From: Hypanus sabinus
Taxonomy: Eukaryota
Reading direction: 5' to 3'
DNA: 64,000 nucleotides
NCBI RefSeq assembly: GCF_030144855.1
Contig: NC_082729.1
Coordinates: 12,462,001-12,526,000 of the forward strand
The translations under genes and the position numbers were made by a program. The notes below the pieces were generated by a model. The model ran no database searches. It saw nothing but the letters and a program-made list of their open reading frames with translations, and had not been told where the DNA came from. Positions 13,222 through 26,392 of this stretch are shown piece by piece (within the stretch, counting starts at the first letter, position 1; each line of letters opens with the position of its first letter).

Positions 13222-13432
13222 TGTAGGTTTTCAAATAAACAGCGGTGGTGTTTTATGTTTCAGAAGAGCCGCGGCAACTCATTTACTGAACACCAAAAAA
13301 CTGAACTCAAAGTGCGCTAAAAGTCCTTTATATAATTTCCTCATTATGTCAGACCCACCTCTTAAAGTGAACTCAAGCCCAATGTCAGTAGTTGTGAATT
13401 CTGTACATTTCCACCAATTACATTACCCTACA
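13222..13432. mobile_element. Short solo LTR (211 bp)
   Basis: Termini TGTAGG...CCTACA with 4-bp TSD ATAT at 13218-13221 and 13433-13436. Confidence 0.65.
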
Positions 13433-13956
13433 ATATGAAGCATTGGCAGGATATTAAGTCAAAAATTGGAACTCTGTTTCTCTGATATTTGACGGTTGAG
13501 TTTTGTGAAGAGTGGCCATCACTTTCTCCTCCCAAGTCTAAGGATTGTTGCTTCCCCTCCACTCATTCTGAGAGCCAGCCTCAGAGTAATATCCATTTCA
13601 GATCATCTCAACAGCTCCTTAAATAGCTGCCCCAGACCTTGTTATCCTTTAGCTTTAAAAACAATTACCTTTACAAGAAGAAAAGATCTGACAATATATA
13701 GCACCAGCAGATTGTAGATTAAAATAACTAGGACAATATAAACCAAAAAAGGAATGGAAAACTGCCAGGGCTATCTATTCCTTGCATTAAAAGCATTCAC
13801 TTATGATTCACTGGGAGCAATTTATACCATCAAACAGTCTGTACAAATTTCCAATCATGTGACACTTAATACTGCTGTGCCACAGCTCTAGAAATATGGT
13901 GAACTGACTTTGGGTTCCAATTATTTGAGTTCTCCCTGGGTTCCCTGGTTCCCTCT

Positions 13957-14330
13957 TGTTGGAGCCATATATCTGCTCTCTATCTCCTTTGTATTCTGTG
14001 TTGCGTATTTATTATGGTAACTAGTCTCATGAGTTAGGGGTGGGGTGGTAAAGGCAAAGGGAATAACTTACGTACTCTTGCTTATTTCGTGGCAGTTTGT
14101 AGCTTGAGATCAGTGGACGTCGTATCTTTTGCTGACCACTGAGATAACGCTTAGCTTATGTGAGCATGCTTAAGTTTAATCGTTTCAAGACTGTACATTT
14201 GCTAATTGCTGATGAAGGATCAAATAACAACCATTGGAGCTGGGGGATGGGTCACGCAAGTATAACAAATTCACAGCGGTCGCAAGCTAGCGGCAATTGT
14301 TCTCGTTTTTGGTTTGGTTCTTCCACTAGA
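13957..14330. mobile_element. Putative solo LTR nested in an old SINE (copy A)
   Basis: Collinear similarity to 24409-24760 (tgtattctgtg, gtggcagtttg, tatctttgctga, cattggagctg). Ends uncertain. Confidence 0.5.
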
Positions 14331-16257
14331 CCCTCCCCCCACCACCAAATGCCAGGCATGTGCCAGTTTACAGTTTGATTAGCTACCATTGTAAATTGTC
14401 CCTAGTGCAGGGTAAAATCACAGCTGAAAGGTTGGTGGTGGCGGCAGATGAATGATAGGTACTAACAGAGCCTGAGAGCAATTTATGGGAATGAGCGAGG
14501 AAAAAATGTGATTGGTGTTGGCGATTGCTTGATGGTTGGCACAGGTGTTGTAGGCTGAAGAGTAATATAACACAAACTTTTTTTAAACTATGGAGGGCTA
14601 CAGTCTAGGTGCAAGTTGATGTAGCTAGGTAGAAGACCAAGCTAGACTACATGGGCCAAAGGACATGTTTCTATCCTGTTGTGCTCTGTGACTCTATTAC
14701 TTATTTATATTACCCAGTTTAAAACATATGAAGTTCATAACAGAAATAACTTTTCCAGTGTTGAATTAAGATATTGTTGTGTACCCTTCCTTTCCTCCAT
14801 TCTGGCTGAACACCCAATACAGCTTCCTGACCCTTGGTTCAGTGCATTCATCCTCGGACAGAACAAACGGCTGCAATTTTAAATTAATGTCCATTTACTC
14901 TGGATCAGTTCATCTCAAGAAAGTATTCAAGACATACTGAAAAGGTTAGTTCAGCATCACATCATGGGCTGAAGGGCCTCTTCCTGTGCTGTACTGTTCT
15001 ATATTCCCTGTTTTCCCTATTTCCTTCAACATTCCAAAGACATGCTGGTGTAAGGCCATATTCTGGAGTTAGGGTAGCTAACAAATATTAACCTCAACAA
15101 TAATCAAACTTCAGATCTGAATAGGGATTGTAGACTGAATTTAAAAGGCAGCCCAGAACAGTAAATTGTAGACCAGGAGACATTCAACTGACTGAGATGT
15201 CTGCATATGCATGAAAGCAATCAACATCCCTTTGCATGAGTGTGACTACAATAAATAATTAACACTCATTTTGGGTGTGTTGGTGGGAAGATCCAGGAGT
15301 TTGAAAATTATGTGTAACTCAAAAGAAGCATTATGAGGGCATTGTAACCATAGAAATTATCCAGATTATTTTATATAGATATAATCACACAAACACAAAG
15401 GATGTCAGCATGTGTGCGTCCCAAATAAAGTCATTTACATCTACCAACTCCGTCCTCTGGTAATTTTGTTCACAGTTACAAAACTGGTAAAATAACTAGG
15501 TATTTTTAAATTACCCACAGCATTGCTACTTTTTGATATTAACCTAAGGTGAGTTGGTGGGCTCGTGTGAGTGAACAATTTGCAAAGATAAAGGGAAATA
15601 AGGAGTGTCAATGGGATTGCTTCTATAGGAACCAGCATAGACCTGAAGAGCCGAATAGTCTCTTCCTGTTTTCTGATAAAGCTTTAGTGTGGCACTAAAG
15701 AGGCAGTTTTATTTATTTCTCTTTTAGCAGAGAGTACAAAGGACTGAATTCAATCCTAAAAATATTTCTTCAGGGAGTAAGATTCGATTCCTGAAATAAT
15801 TCATTGTTGAGACGTATAGAACTTATTCTCATTTCCTAAGCCAATTTATCAGACTTCTACTGCTTTATTTTGCCAAAGGTGAAAGACAATTTGCCTTCAT
15901 ATTAAAAGAGTAATCTTATTTCCCCTTCTGTTCATTGTAATCCATAGTTCTACTGACACTACAATGCAAAAACGTTTGCTATTTTAAGATGTCCTCCATT
16001 TCACTTCTGTCTCCAGTGGAACACTTCCTTATTAACAGGAAATTAAACATGCGTCTTGGTGTCCAGGTGTATTTTCTTCTAAAGATACCGAACAGGAATT
16101 AAAACAAAAATCAGTAAGTTAGAAAACATTCAAAAATAGATTATGATCAACTGAAAGGATTAAATATAAATGATTAAACCGTCACTATTTTGTTTTCACG
16201 CCAGGCATGTGAAAACTAGTTAATTCTGGAGTGAAAAGTAACGTCAATGATATCTGT

Positions 16258-16415
16258 CACAAACAAGAGAAAATCTGCAGATGCTGGCAATCCGAGAAGC
16301 ACACACAAAATGCTGGAGGAACTCAGCCGGCCAGGCAGCATCAATGGAAGAAAGCACCGTCAACGTTTCAGGCCGAGACCCTTCGGCAGGATTCCTCCAG
16401 CATTTTGTGTGTTTC
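16258..16415. mobile_element. Penelope pLTR fragment with fold-back and hammerhead relic (16357-16394, minus)
   Basis: acacacaaaatgctggagga...tcctccagcattttgtgtgt inverted arms flanking the hammerhead motif. Confidence 0.8.
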
Positions 16416-16969
16416 ACTGATACCCGGATACTTCAAAGGCTGTGTATCACTTTGGGACATCCTGAAAAGGTTATGACAGCTATTCCTTCTTTCAAACTAA
16501 CTGAAATGAGCAAAAGGCTCAAGAGGCTGATCAACCTGCTACTACATGCTAATGTAAGCCTGTTTTCTGCCTCCCCCCCACCTCACCATACCAACTGATC
16601 CTAGTAACGGGGGGGGGGGGTGGAATTGTGGGGAAAGAAGAGGGTTTGTTTGCAGCAGACAGAAGGAGAAACACATTCAAACAAATGTACAATCAAAACT
16701 GCTTAAAAACAGCCTTTTACATTTTGATTTATTTTTAATATATTATTCTTTCACACCCACTGCACACACTGTACTAATCTCTCTGCCCCAATCAATGGCT
16801 CCCAATCAAAATCCAGTAATCCACCTCCACAAAAAACAGTCCACAATTGTCCTCTTTAATGATCAGACTCCAAACACTCCCTGACACCGCCTGAACTGAA
16901 ATATCTATCCCCAATCCAACTGGAATGCTAATCTCCAGTCCTTTCACGTTGACTGGACTTAAGGCTTCC

Positions 16970-17235
16970 TCCATTAGTCGGGGCCGACCTTGGGTGCTGC
17001 ATTGTAGCTGCCTAGATATACAAATCAGGACAGTACGATATGGAGAGCAAACTGCTACCCATGCAGCAGGCTCCCCCTCTCCACACAGCTGATGAATCCA
17101 AAGGAACGACAGAGGCCGATACAGTTTGGCAACAGCAATTATCAGCAGGCGTTGGACTCAAATCAACTCAATTATCAGCAGGCACTTCAGCTCCAGATAT
17201 TCCCCTCGGGGTGTACTCCCGAAGCCTCCCCGATC
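16970..17235 (-). mobile_element. Retroposon fragment sharing its 3' tail with the SINE at 57837-58137
   Basis: Collinear blocks tagtc..gacc.tgg, cccctctccac and cag.ttggca shared with 57847-58020. Confidence 0.6.
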
Positions 17236-18089
17236 CCTGCAATACAATTGGACTACTTGTGTCTATTCACTCTGACCCAGCAGGAGTGTTGGAGCACTCA
17301 TCTCACACACCTCTTAGAACGTAATAGAACTTGTAGTCTTAAAGTACTCGATAGGGTAGATGCTAACAGGCTGTCTCCTCTATCCAAATATCCTAGAACT
17401 TATCATAAGAGATCGACAAGTGAGGAATTATACAGGAAAAAAATTCTTCATTCAATATGTTGTAAATATGCAATCACTGGGTGTAGCGATTACTTGAAAA
17501 CAACTAAAAGTTGCTGGAAGGCCAAGAGAGGGAGTACCACAATGTATGGCATGCTTCCAGTTAACTGAGTTCCAAGTTGAAAAAGTACATTTAATACTCT
17601 ATTACAAATTAACAATACAATCATACAACTCTTCTGTATCTCATGTAAAATAAAGCTGAGCATAATTGATGAACAGAAGTCCGTTAATCTCAGATTTTAA
17701 ATTGGTAACTGAACCACAGTCATATCAAATGTAATTTTTCTGAAAAAAATTTCATATTTATAACATTTGATCATGTGAAGTACTTTTTTCTTTCCTAAAA
17801 CTCTTTGCTATAATATAGAGATTATTTCCTCCAGTGAAAGGTGCCTCGAGAAATAACCTGTTTTATATAAATTATCTTTATTTTGTTGAAAGCTTGAAGA
17901 AGATGATCCCCTAGCCTTCTCCCAATAATTTAACCCTGAATTCCGAATAGCACGGTACAAATGTATCTTGCATTTCCTCACAGTTACATGGAACAGAAAC
18001 CACACAGGAAACACAGTTACATGGTTCCACATTCAGCTAAAATGACAGACAAGATACTTCATGGAATTAAGATGGATCATTTGAAAGCT

Positions 18090-18312
18090 AGCTGGTTGGT
18101 GGTGTAGTGCATCGGCGCCAGACTTCAGAGCGAAGGCTCCTGAGGTCAAGCCCAGCTGGCTCCCTTGCACACTTTTCATCCATGCTGGGTTGAGCGTTGA
18201 GCTAGCAACTTGACCTTGTAAAAGTAAGAAAGCCTGCTAAAAAAAAAACACCGTCACAATGGCGTCCTGATGACTCCACTTGGAGTTAAGGGCTTTCAAT
18301 TCAAATTCAAAT
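18090..18312 (+). mobile_element. tRNA-derived SINE
   Basis: A-box-like tggtgtagtg, (TTCAAA)n tail, 13-bp TSD TCAT(T/G)TGAAAGCT at 18077-18089 and 18313-18325. Confidence 0.7.
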
Positions 18313-18484
18313 TCATGTGAAAGCTGAAGAGTATTAATTCGGATTTTTCTACATTAAAAATGGAGGAAATGAGTCATTTTCAGTTCCTCATTAACAGCTT
18401 CTGAGCTTACTTTCTTATACACACCCTTTATATTCCTTGCAACACATACAGAATGTTGCATTCTATCATAAGACCATAAGATCT

Positions 18485-21400
18485 TAAGATTTTAAATCAA
18501 ATCAAGAGGCGGAGAGGGAAGAGGTAAAGGCAGCTTGGAGAGAAGCCTTTTTTTAACTGATCAGGGCAAAGAGGCTAGACTACGCAGGCATGTGACGTAG
18601 TGCGCCAAAGGTTTAAAAAAGAACCCACCATATACAGTGGCCATCGTCGGAGTGGACTGAGGCAGAGTAGGACAGCTTTGGCTCAATCAGGCTTTGGCGA
18701 GAACAGGCAGGGGGGAGGTTTGAACAGGGCACGACTGCGCAAGCGCATGAACGTTGGCCTCTGAGATCAGCGGGAGAATTTAATTAGTGAGCAGAGGCTG
18801 AGGACGAGCTTCACTCCAACTGAGGTAAGGCCGGGTAAGCTCCTTTAATTAATCTAATTAGCTTAGGAGTAGGTAATGGAGGCAGCGGTTAGGGCAGTTG
18901 AGTGCTCCGTTTGCAGTTTGTGGGAAGTCAGGGCGAGCACAATTGTCCTTGATGACTACACCTGCAAAAGGTGCATCCAGCTGCAGCTCCTGACAAACCT
19001 TGTTAGGGAACTGGAGCTGGAGCTGGATGAACTTCGGATCATTCGGGAGGCAGAGGCAGAAATAAACAGGGGTTTCAGGGAGATAGTCACCCCTAACAGT
19101 CAGGAGACAGGTAGTTGGGTGACTGTCAAGAGAGGGAAGGGAAATAAACAGGAAGAGCAGAACACCCCTGTGGCCATTCCCATCAACAATAAGTATACCG
19201 TTTTGGATACTGTTGGTGGGGATGACCTACCAGGGACAAGTTGCAGTGGTTGCATCTCTGGCACCAAGACTGGACCCTCAGCTCAGAAGGGAAGGAGGTA
19301 AAAGAGGAGAGCAGTAGTGATAGGGGATTCGATAGTTAGGGGGACAGATAGGAGGTTCTGTGGAAGAGATCAAGAATCCTGCATGGTCTGTTGCCTCCCT
19401 GGTGCCAGGGTCCGCGATATCTCGGATCGAGTTCCCAGTATTCTCAAGAGGGAGGGTGAGCAGCCGGATGTCGTGGTCCATGTAGGGACCAACGACGTGG
19501 GTAGGAAGAGTGAGGAGGTCCTGAAAGGTGAGTTTAGGGAGCTAGGCACCCAGTTAAAGGACAGGACCTCCAGGATAACAATCTCAGGATTGCTACCAGT
19601 GCCACGTGCAGGTGGGTTTAGAAATAGTAAGATAGCACAGATCAACACATGGCTGAAGACATGGTGCAGGAGGGAGGGCTTCAGATTTATAGATAATTGG
19701 GCAGTTTTCCAGAGAAGGTGGGACCTGTTCCGGTGGGACGGTTTACATCTGAACTGGAGGGGACAAATATTCTTGCAAGTAGGTTTGCTAGAGAGGCTCC
19801 AGTGGATTTAAACTAGATACGAGGGGGGAGGGGAACCAGGGTGTAGGAACAGATGTATGGGGGAAGGAAGAAAAAGATAGTAAAGTTGTTTGCACCGTTA
19901 GAGATAAACAGAGAGGAAGAGGTGGAGAATTTCTTAAATGCATTTATTTTCATGCTAGGAGCATTTTAAGAAAGGTGGATGAGCTTAGAGCATGGATTGA
20001 TACTTGGAAATATGATGTTGTAGCTATTAGTGAAATATGGTTGCAGGAGGGATGTGATTGGCAACTAAACCTTCCTGGATGTCGTTGCTTCAGGTGTGAT
20101 AGAATTGGAGGGACAAGAGAGGGAGGTGTGGCATTGCTTGTCAGAGAAAATATTACAGTGGTGCTCTGGCAGGATAGATTAGAGGGCTCGTCCAGGGATG
20201 CTATTTGGGTGGAATTGAGGAATGGGAAAGGTGTAGTAACACTTATAGGGGTGTATTATAGACCACCTAATGGGGAGTGAGAATTGGAGGAGTAAAATTG
20301 CAAGGAGATAGCAGATATTTGTAGTAAGCACAGGGTTGTGATTGTGGGAGATTTTAATTTTCCACACATAGACTGGGAAGCCCAAACTGTAAAAGGGATG
20401 GATGGCTTGGAGTTTGTAAAATATGTGCAGGATAGTTTTTTGCAGCAATACATAGAGGTACCAACTGGAGAAGGGGCAGAGTTGGATCTACTGTTAGGGA
20501 ATGAGATAGATCAGGTGACGGAGGTATATGTTGGGGGGCACACTGGGTCCAGTGATCGTAATGCCATTAGTTTCAATATAATTATGGAGAAGGATAGGAC
20601 TGGACCCAGGGTTGAGATTTTTGATTGGCAAAAGGCCAACTTTGAGTACATGCGAAATGAAGGAGTGGATTGGGACAATTTGTTTTATGGGAAGGATGTA
20701 ATAGAGAAATGGAGGTCATTTAAAGGTGAAATTTTGAGGGTACAGAATCTTTATGTTCCTGTTAGGTTGAAAGGAAAGGTTAAAAGTTTGAGAGAGCCAT
20801 GGTTTTCAAGGGATATTGGAAACTTGTTTCAGAAAAAGAGAGATATCTACAATAACTATAGGCAGCATGGAGTAAATGAGGTGCTCGAGAAATATAAAGA
20901 ATGTAAAAAGAATGTTAAGAAAAAAATTAGAAAAGCTAAAAGAAGATACGAGGTTGCTTTGGCAAGTAAGATGAAAATAAATCCAAAGGGTTTCTACAGT
21001 TATATTAATAGCAAAAGGATAGTGAGGGATAAAATTGGTCCCTTAGCGAATCAGAGTGGACAGCTATGTGTGGAGCCAAAAGAGATGGGGAGATTTGGAA
21101 CAATTTCTTTTCTTCAGTATTCACTAAGGAGAAGGATATTGAATTGTGTAAGGTAAGGGAAACAAGTAGGGAAGTTATGGAAACTATGACGTTTAAAGAG
21201 GAGGACGTACTGGCGCTTTTAAGGAATATAAAAGTGGATAAATCTCCAGGTCCTTACAGGATATTCCCTAGGACCTTGAGGGAAGTTAGCGTAGAAATAG
21301 CAGGGGCTCTGATAGAAATATTTCAAATGTCATTAGAAACGGAGGATTGGCATATTGCTCATGTTGTTCCATTGTTTAAAAAGGGTTCTAAGAGTAAACT

Positions 21401-22747
21401 TAACAATTATAGGCCTGTAAGTTTGACGTCAGTGGTGGGTAAATTAATGGAAAGTATTCTTAGAGATGGTATATATAATTATCTGGATAGACAGGGTCTG
21501 ATTAGGAACAGTCAACATGGATTTGTGCGTGGAAAGTCATGCTTGACAAATCTTATTGAATTTTTTGAAGAGGTTACTAGGAAAGTTGACGAGGGTAAAG
21601 CAGTGGATGTTGTCTATATGGACTTCAGTAAGGCCTTTGACAAGGTTCCACACGGACGATTAGTTAGGTATTAATATTGAAGTAGTAAAATGGATTCAAC
21701 AGTGGCTGGATGGGAGATGCCAGAGAGTAGTGGTGGATAACTGTTTGTCTGGTTGGAGGCCGGTGACTAGTGGTGTGCCTCAGGGATCTGTACTGGGTCC
21801 AATGTTGTATGTCATATATATTAATGATCTGGATGATGGGATGGTAAATTGGATTAGTAAGTATGCAGATGATACTAAGGTAGGTGGCGTTGTGGATAAT
21901 GAAGTAGGTTTTCAAAGCTTGCAGAGAGATTTAGGCCAGTTAGAAGAGTGGGCTGAACGATGGCAGATGGAGTTTAATGCTGATAAGTGTGAGATGCTAC
22001 ATTTTGGTAGGAATAATCCAAATAACACATACATGGTAAATGGTAGGGCATTGAAGAATGTAGTAAAACAGAGTGATCTAGGAATAATGGTGCATAGTTC
22101 CCTGAAGGTGGAATCTCATGTGGATAGGGTGATGAAGAAAGCTTTTGGTATCCTGGCCTTTATAAATCAGAGCAAAGAGTATAGAAGTTGGCATGTAATG
22201 TTGAAATTGTACAAGGCATTGTTAAGGCCGAATTTGGAGTATTGTGTACAGTTCTGGTCACCGAATTATAGGAAAGATGTCAACAAAATAAAGTACAGAG
22301 CACCTAAGTTACAGGGAAAGGTTGAACAAATTAGGTCTTTATTCTTTGGAATGTAGAAGGTTGAGGGGGGCTTGATAGAAGTTATTTAAAATTATGAGGG
22401 GGATAGATAGAGTTGACGTAGATAGGCTTTTTCCATTCAGAGTAGGGGAGATTCAAACAAGAGGACATAAGTTGAGAGTTAGGGGGCAAAAATTTAGGGG
22501 TAACATGAGGGGGAATTTCTTTACTCAGAGAGTGGTAGCTGTGTGGAACGAGCTTCCAGTAGAAGTGGTAGAGGCAGGTTTGGTATTGTCATTTAAAGTA
22601 AAATTGGATAGGTATATGGACAGGAAAGGAATGGAGGGTTATGGGCTGAGTGCGGGGCAGTGGGACTAGGTGAAAGTAAGTGTTCAGCACGGACTAGAAG
22701 GGCTGAAATGGCCTGTTTCCGTGCTGTAATTTGTTGTACAGTTGTAT
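18485..22747 (+). mobile_element. Near full-length CR1 LINE: 5' UTR, ORF1 (zinc finger/leucine zipper plus SGNH esterase), ORF2 (APE plus RT), inactivated
   Basis: ORF1 18876-19811 has CxxC...CxxC, GDS, GTND and DGLH motifs with one in-frame stop. ORF2 ~19940-22669 has [23 protein letters not shown] and TRGH motifs with stops and frameshifts. Confidence 0.97.
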
Positions 22748-23300
22748 GATCTAGGAGCAGAATTAAGCCAATTGTCCCATAGCATTCCCACTGCTATTTC
22801 ATCATTGCTGATCTATTTTCCCTCTGAACCCCATTCTTCTGCCTTCTCCCCATAAATTTTCACATCCTGACTAATAAACAGCCAATCAACATCCACCTTA
22901 AATACACCCAATGACTTGGCCTCCATAGCCACCTGTGGCAACAAATTTGATAGATTCACCAGCCTTTGGCTAAATAAATTCCTTTTCATCTCCGTTCTAA
23001 ATGGACAGCCCTCTATTCTGAGGATGTGCCCTCTGATCCTATAGGAAACATCCTCTCCACATCCACTCTATCTAGTCCTTTCAACATTCGAAAGCTTTCA
23101 ATGAGATATCTCTGTCATTCTTCTAAATTCCAGTGAACAAAAGCCTAGAGCCATCAAATGCTCCTCACATAACAAGCCTTTCATTCCCAGAATGATTCTC
23201 GTGAACCTCCTCTGGATCCTCTCCAACGTCAGCACATCTTTTCTTAGTTAAGGGGCCCAAAACTACTCACAATAATCTATGCGAGGTCTCTCCAGTGGCC
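22748..23300 (-). mobile_element. CR1 3' end (host of the full-length CR1; its tail cataagaccataag is at 18467-18484)
   Basis: CR1 3' UTR and ORF2-end sequence; the tail continues across the insertion. Confidence 0.8.
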
Positions 23301-23864
23301 TCATATATCATACCAACAGTCATGTTACTTCTTAATTTTAGTAGACCTAAGCGGATCAGAGTTTACTAATCTATTTACTAGTTTCTGAATACCTTCAACA
23401 TCCTTACTATTTTAACGATCATCAGGCTTGATCTTCATTCTACATTACCACCACCGAACTGAGCAAGGACGCATAAGTACACCTTGAAATTTGCATATGC
23501 CAACAGCATTAATCATGGGCAAATTCCCTTCAAAAAGTCAAAGATATGCTGGTGTCAGATTTGCCAATAATGGCAAAATATTTTTGCAAATGGCGTTTGC
23601 TACACATCTTCAGCTTGATGTCACGTAGAGCAGACTTTGCTGGACTTTTTTTCCCAAAGGTGATTATGTATAATGAAGGGGTAGTATAAGGCAACGCCTA
23701 GGAAGTATAGCATTGAGTCACATTGTCTGCAATGTGTGACATCAAGTTGAGCAGCAATGCTGGATTGGTGGAATTTGGTAGTTTGGATCTTGTTGCAATG
23801 CTGTACCTTCTAGATGTTGCTTTAATCCACACCTTGAAAAAAAAGAGTTCAGCAAAAGGGCAGC

Positions 23865-24205
23865 ACAGCAGAGCAGCTGTTAAAGTTGTTGTTTCAGACC
23901 TGCAGCAATCCAAGTCAATTCTGACCGTCAGTGTAGTGTGCAGAGTTTGCATGTTTCCACTCTGGCTGCATTGGTTTCCTACCACCTCCCAGGAGAGGTG
24001 TGGATTAGTAGACTTAAATGGTGACTGTAGATTCTTCTAGTGTTTAGGGAAAAGGGGAGTGGTTGGTGATAACATGAAGAGAATGAAATAGGCTAGGGTA
24101 GAATTGGTGTCAGAAGGGGTTACAGCATAGAAAACCTACAGCACAGCACAATGTTGGGTTCAAAATGGCTCAGTGGGGTAAAGGACCTGTCTCCCTGCTG
24201 TATAT
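23865..24205 (+). mobile_element. Old V-SINE
   Basis: V-domain gtgcagagtttgcatgtttcc and CR1-like tail aaggacctgtctccctgctgta. Confidence 0.65.
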
Positions 24206-24408
24206 GGAAAATCAGGTAAACATGATGCAAGACAAGCTTTATCTTGATACATGTGACAGTAATAAACCAATACCATTTATAAACCTAGAGAAAGTGAGCT
24301 GGAATACATCATAGGAGAACTCCACACTGCTATTCTGCTTTGGTCTTCTCAAAGTACCATGGCCCTGTTTAGCCCATTAGGATTCATATCAAGTGCAGAA
24401 ATGCCTGT

Positions 24409-24760
24409 TGTAGGGGCCCTGTATTCTGTGACGTGTGTTTACTATGTCTATTATGGTAATTGGTCACATTAGTGGGGGCGTGGTAAAAACGGATGGGAGA
24501 AGTTACGTTTTCTTGCATATTTTGTGGCAGTTTGAAGCTTGGGACCACGGAGGTCATATCTTTGCTGATCGCTGAGATAATGCTCAGTAATGCTTAACTG
24601 TATGTTTGCTAATTGCTAATAAAGGATCGGAACAGAGAATTTGATTCTTTGGAACATCATTGGAGCTGTGGGCATGTCATGCATGTACAACAACTCTGTG
24701 GGGTCGCACAGTGGCAGCAATTGCTTTGCTTTGCTCTTGGATAAAGTTTTGCTGTCTACA
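24409..24760. mobile_element. Putative solo LTR (copy B)
   Basis: TGTAG...CTACA termini and similarity to 13957-14330. TSD not convincing. Confidence 0.55.
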
Positions 24761-25384
24761 CCCAGCTAAATACTGTGACACATGCTATCACTGAACTCTT
24801 GAACCTAATGGTTAGGAGTGCTGGCCAACAGTGTTCCTCCAAATCTTCAGTGCAATGAAGCCAGAAACACAGAAATCATCTGCATCAATGACAGCCCTAA
24901 CTGAACTCCTCATTCATAAAAGTTGAAGGAATCTCTTGGCCCTCCATATGGTCTTCTAGAAACTTTTGTTTGTATACGTACGTGTTCTCGTAAAGGCAGA
25001 CAGTGCAACAACTTTTGGGGCAAAACATGGACAGAAGCTACCAATCTAATTTTTGATCCCATGTTTGACCTTCCATGAGAAGGTGACTGTAACAAATCTG
25101 ACCAAATTATGCAACAAAACTTAAGTCCCTTTTTAAGTCAGGGGATTGTACAGTACTGTAGTTGTCAATGTAGAGCGGAGAGCAAGTTTGTAAAAGTGGC
25201 GGGGGGGTGGGGGGGGGCTTCTGCATAGTATTGTACATTTTCTTTCCCCAACACCATTAAACTGGTTTACTTACCTTAAAACCACACATACAAGCTTCGA
25301 GTCAGCCATACAAAAGGAAAGTCCTACACTTGAGTCATAAATCCTTTTAAAGTCTAACTCTATGTTCCTGTTGTGAGAGGTGGA

Positions 25385-26252
25385 AATGGATAAGGCTGGT
25401 CAACAAGACTCTGGAGAAGCAGAGCTAAGGAGGTTAATGGTGCCGAACAGCAACTTCTTTGCTTGCATCTTCAGAAACAGCTCTATTTCCATCTTTAATA
25501 TTTCTATTTTTCCCTTTAAGGGTTCTTTTGAAGACCCTGACCTGGAGTTACACGCTGACTTCGGTTCTTTGCAGGAATGGGACCCACTCTCGGGGGTTCC
25601 ACAACCGGCCATTATTGTTCTGCACGCCAAAGGCTCAGCCCATGATGCCGGCTCAGATTTGAAAGCCTAGGATCTCGGGGCTCTGGAGACGGGTGAATCA
25701 AGGGTTGGTGTCACGACAGGAGACCCATGTGTCGTCGGGGGCATCAGAAAATCTGCTGTGTGCCTGGAGACCTGGAATCTTTGCGATCTCCAGGCACAGA
25801 GCTCAAAAAAAGCGACATAATGGACTTTTAACATTGTAAACCAGCCAGTTGTTTGTTATGTCTCCCCGCTCACTGGGAAAATGGAGGCATCTCCCTCTCC
25901 CTTATTAGGGAGAGAGAGAAAACCTGTGGCAGGTCAAATGCCAGGTGAACAATGTAGTCTTTGGGGTAACTGCGAGTCTGTGTCTTTGCTGTTGCTTTGC
26001 TCACGCTGGAGTGTTCGGTGGCAGGTGCCAATGCTTTTTTTTGCCGGTGGGGGGGGAGGAGGGGATTTTGTTGCTCGTTGCCACTTATGCGTGGGAGGGG
26101 GGAGCTAGGTGGGGGAATTTTGGGGTTCTAATATTTAACTGTCATTCATTCATTGCGGAACTCCTCTGTTTTCGTAGATGGTTGCGAAAAAAACATTTCG
26201 GGATGTATATTGTATACATTTCTCTAACATTGAACTGTACCTTTGAACCTTC
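25385..26252 (+). mobile_element. Unclassified non-autonomous retroposon
   Basis: CpG-richer block with atggtgccg near the start and a ctttgaacct tail. No protein motif recognised. Confidence 0.5.
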
Positions 26253-26261
26253 GAGAAGCCG

Positions 26262-26392
26262 TCAAACAAGAGAAAATGTGCAGATGCTGGAAATCCAAGC
26301 AACGCACACGAAATGCTGGAGGAACTCAGCAGGCCAGGTAGCATCTGTGGAAGAAAGTACAGTCAATGTTTCGGGCATTTTGTGTGTGCTGC
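26262..26392. mobile_element. Penelope pLTR fragment
   Basis: tgcagatgctggaaatccaagcaac..aaatgctggaggaactcagcagg family motif. Confidence 0.8.

Noticed and set aside
18876-22669. Esterase + endonuclease + RT cluster as a novel system
   Set aside because: This is the standard ORF1/ORF2 architecture of CR1 LINEs, here disabled by stops and frameshifts.
24910-25095. 61-aa minus-strand ORF as exon of a divergent gene
   Set aside because: No recognisable homology, and it could not be linked into a longer frame.
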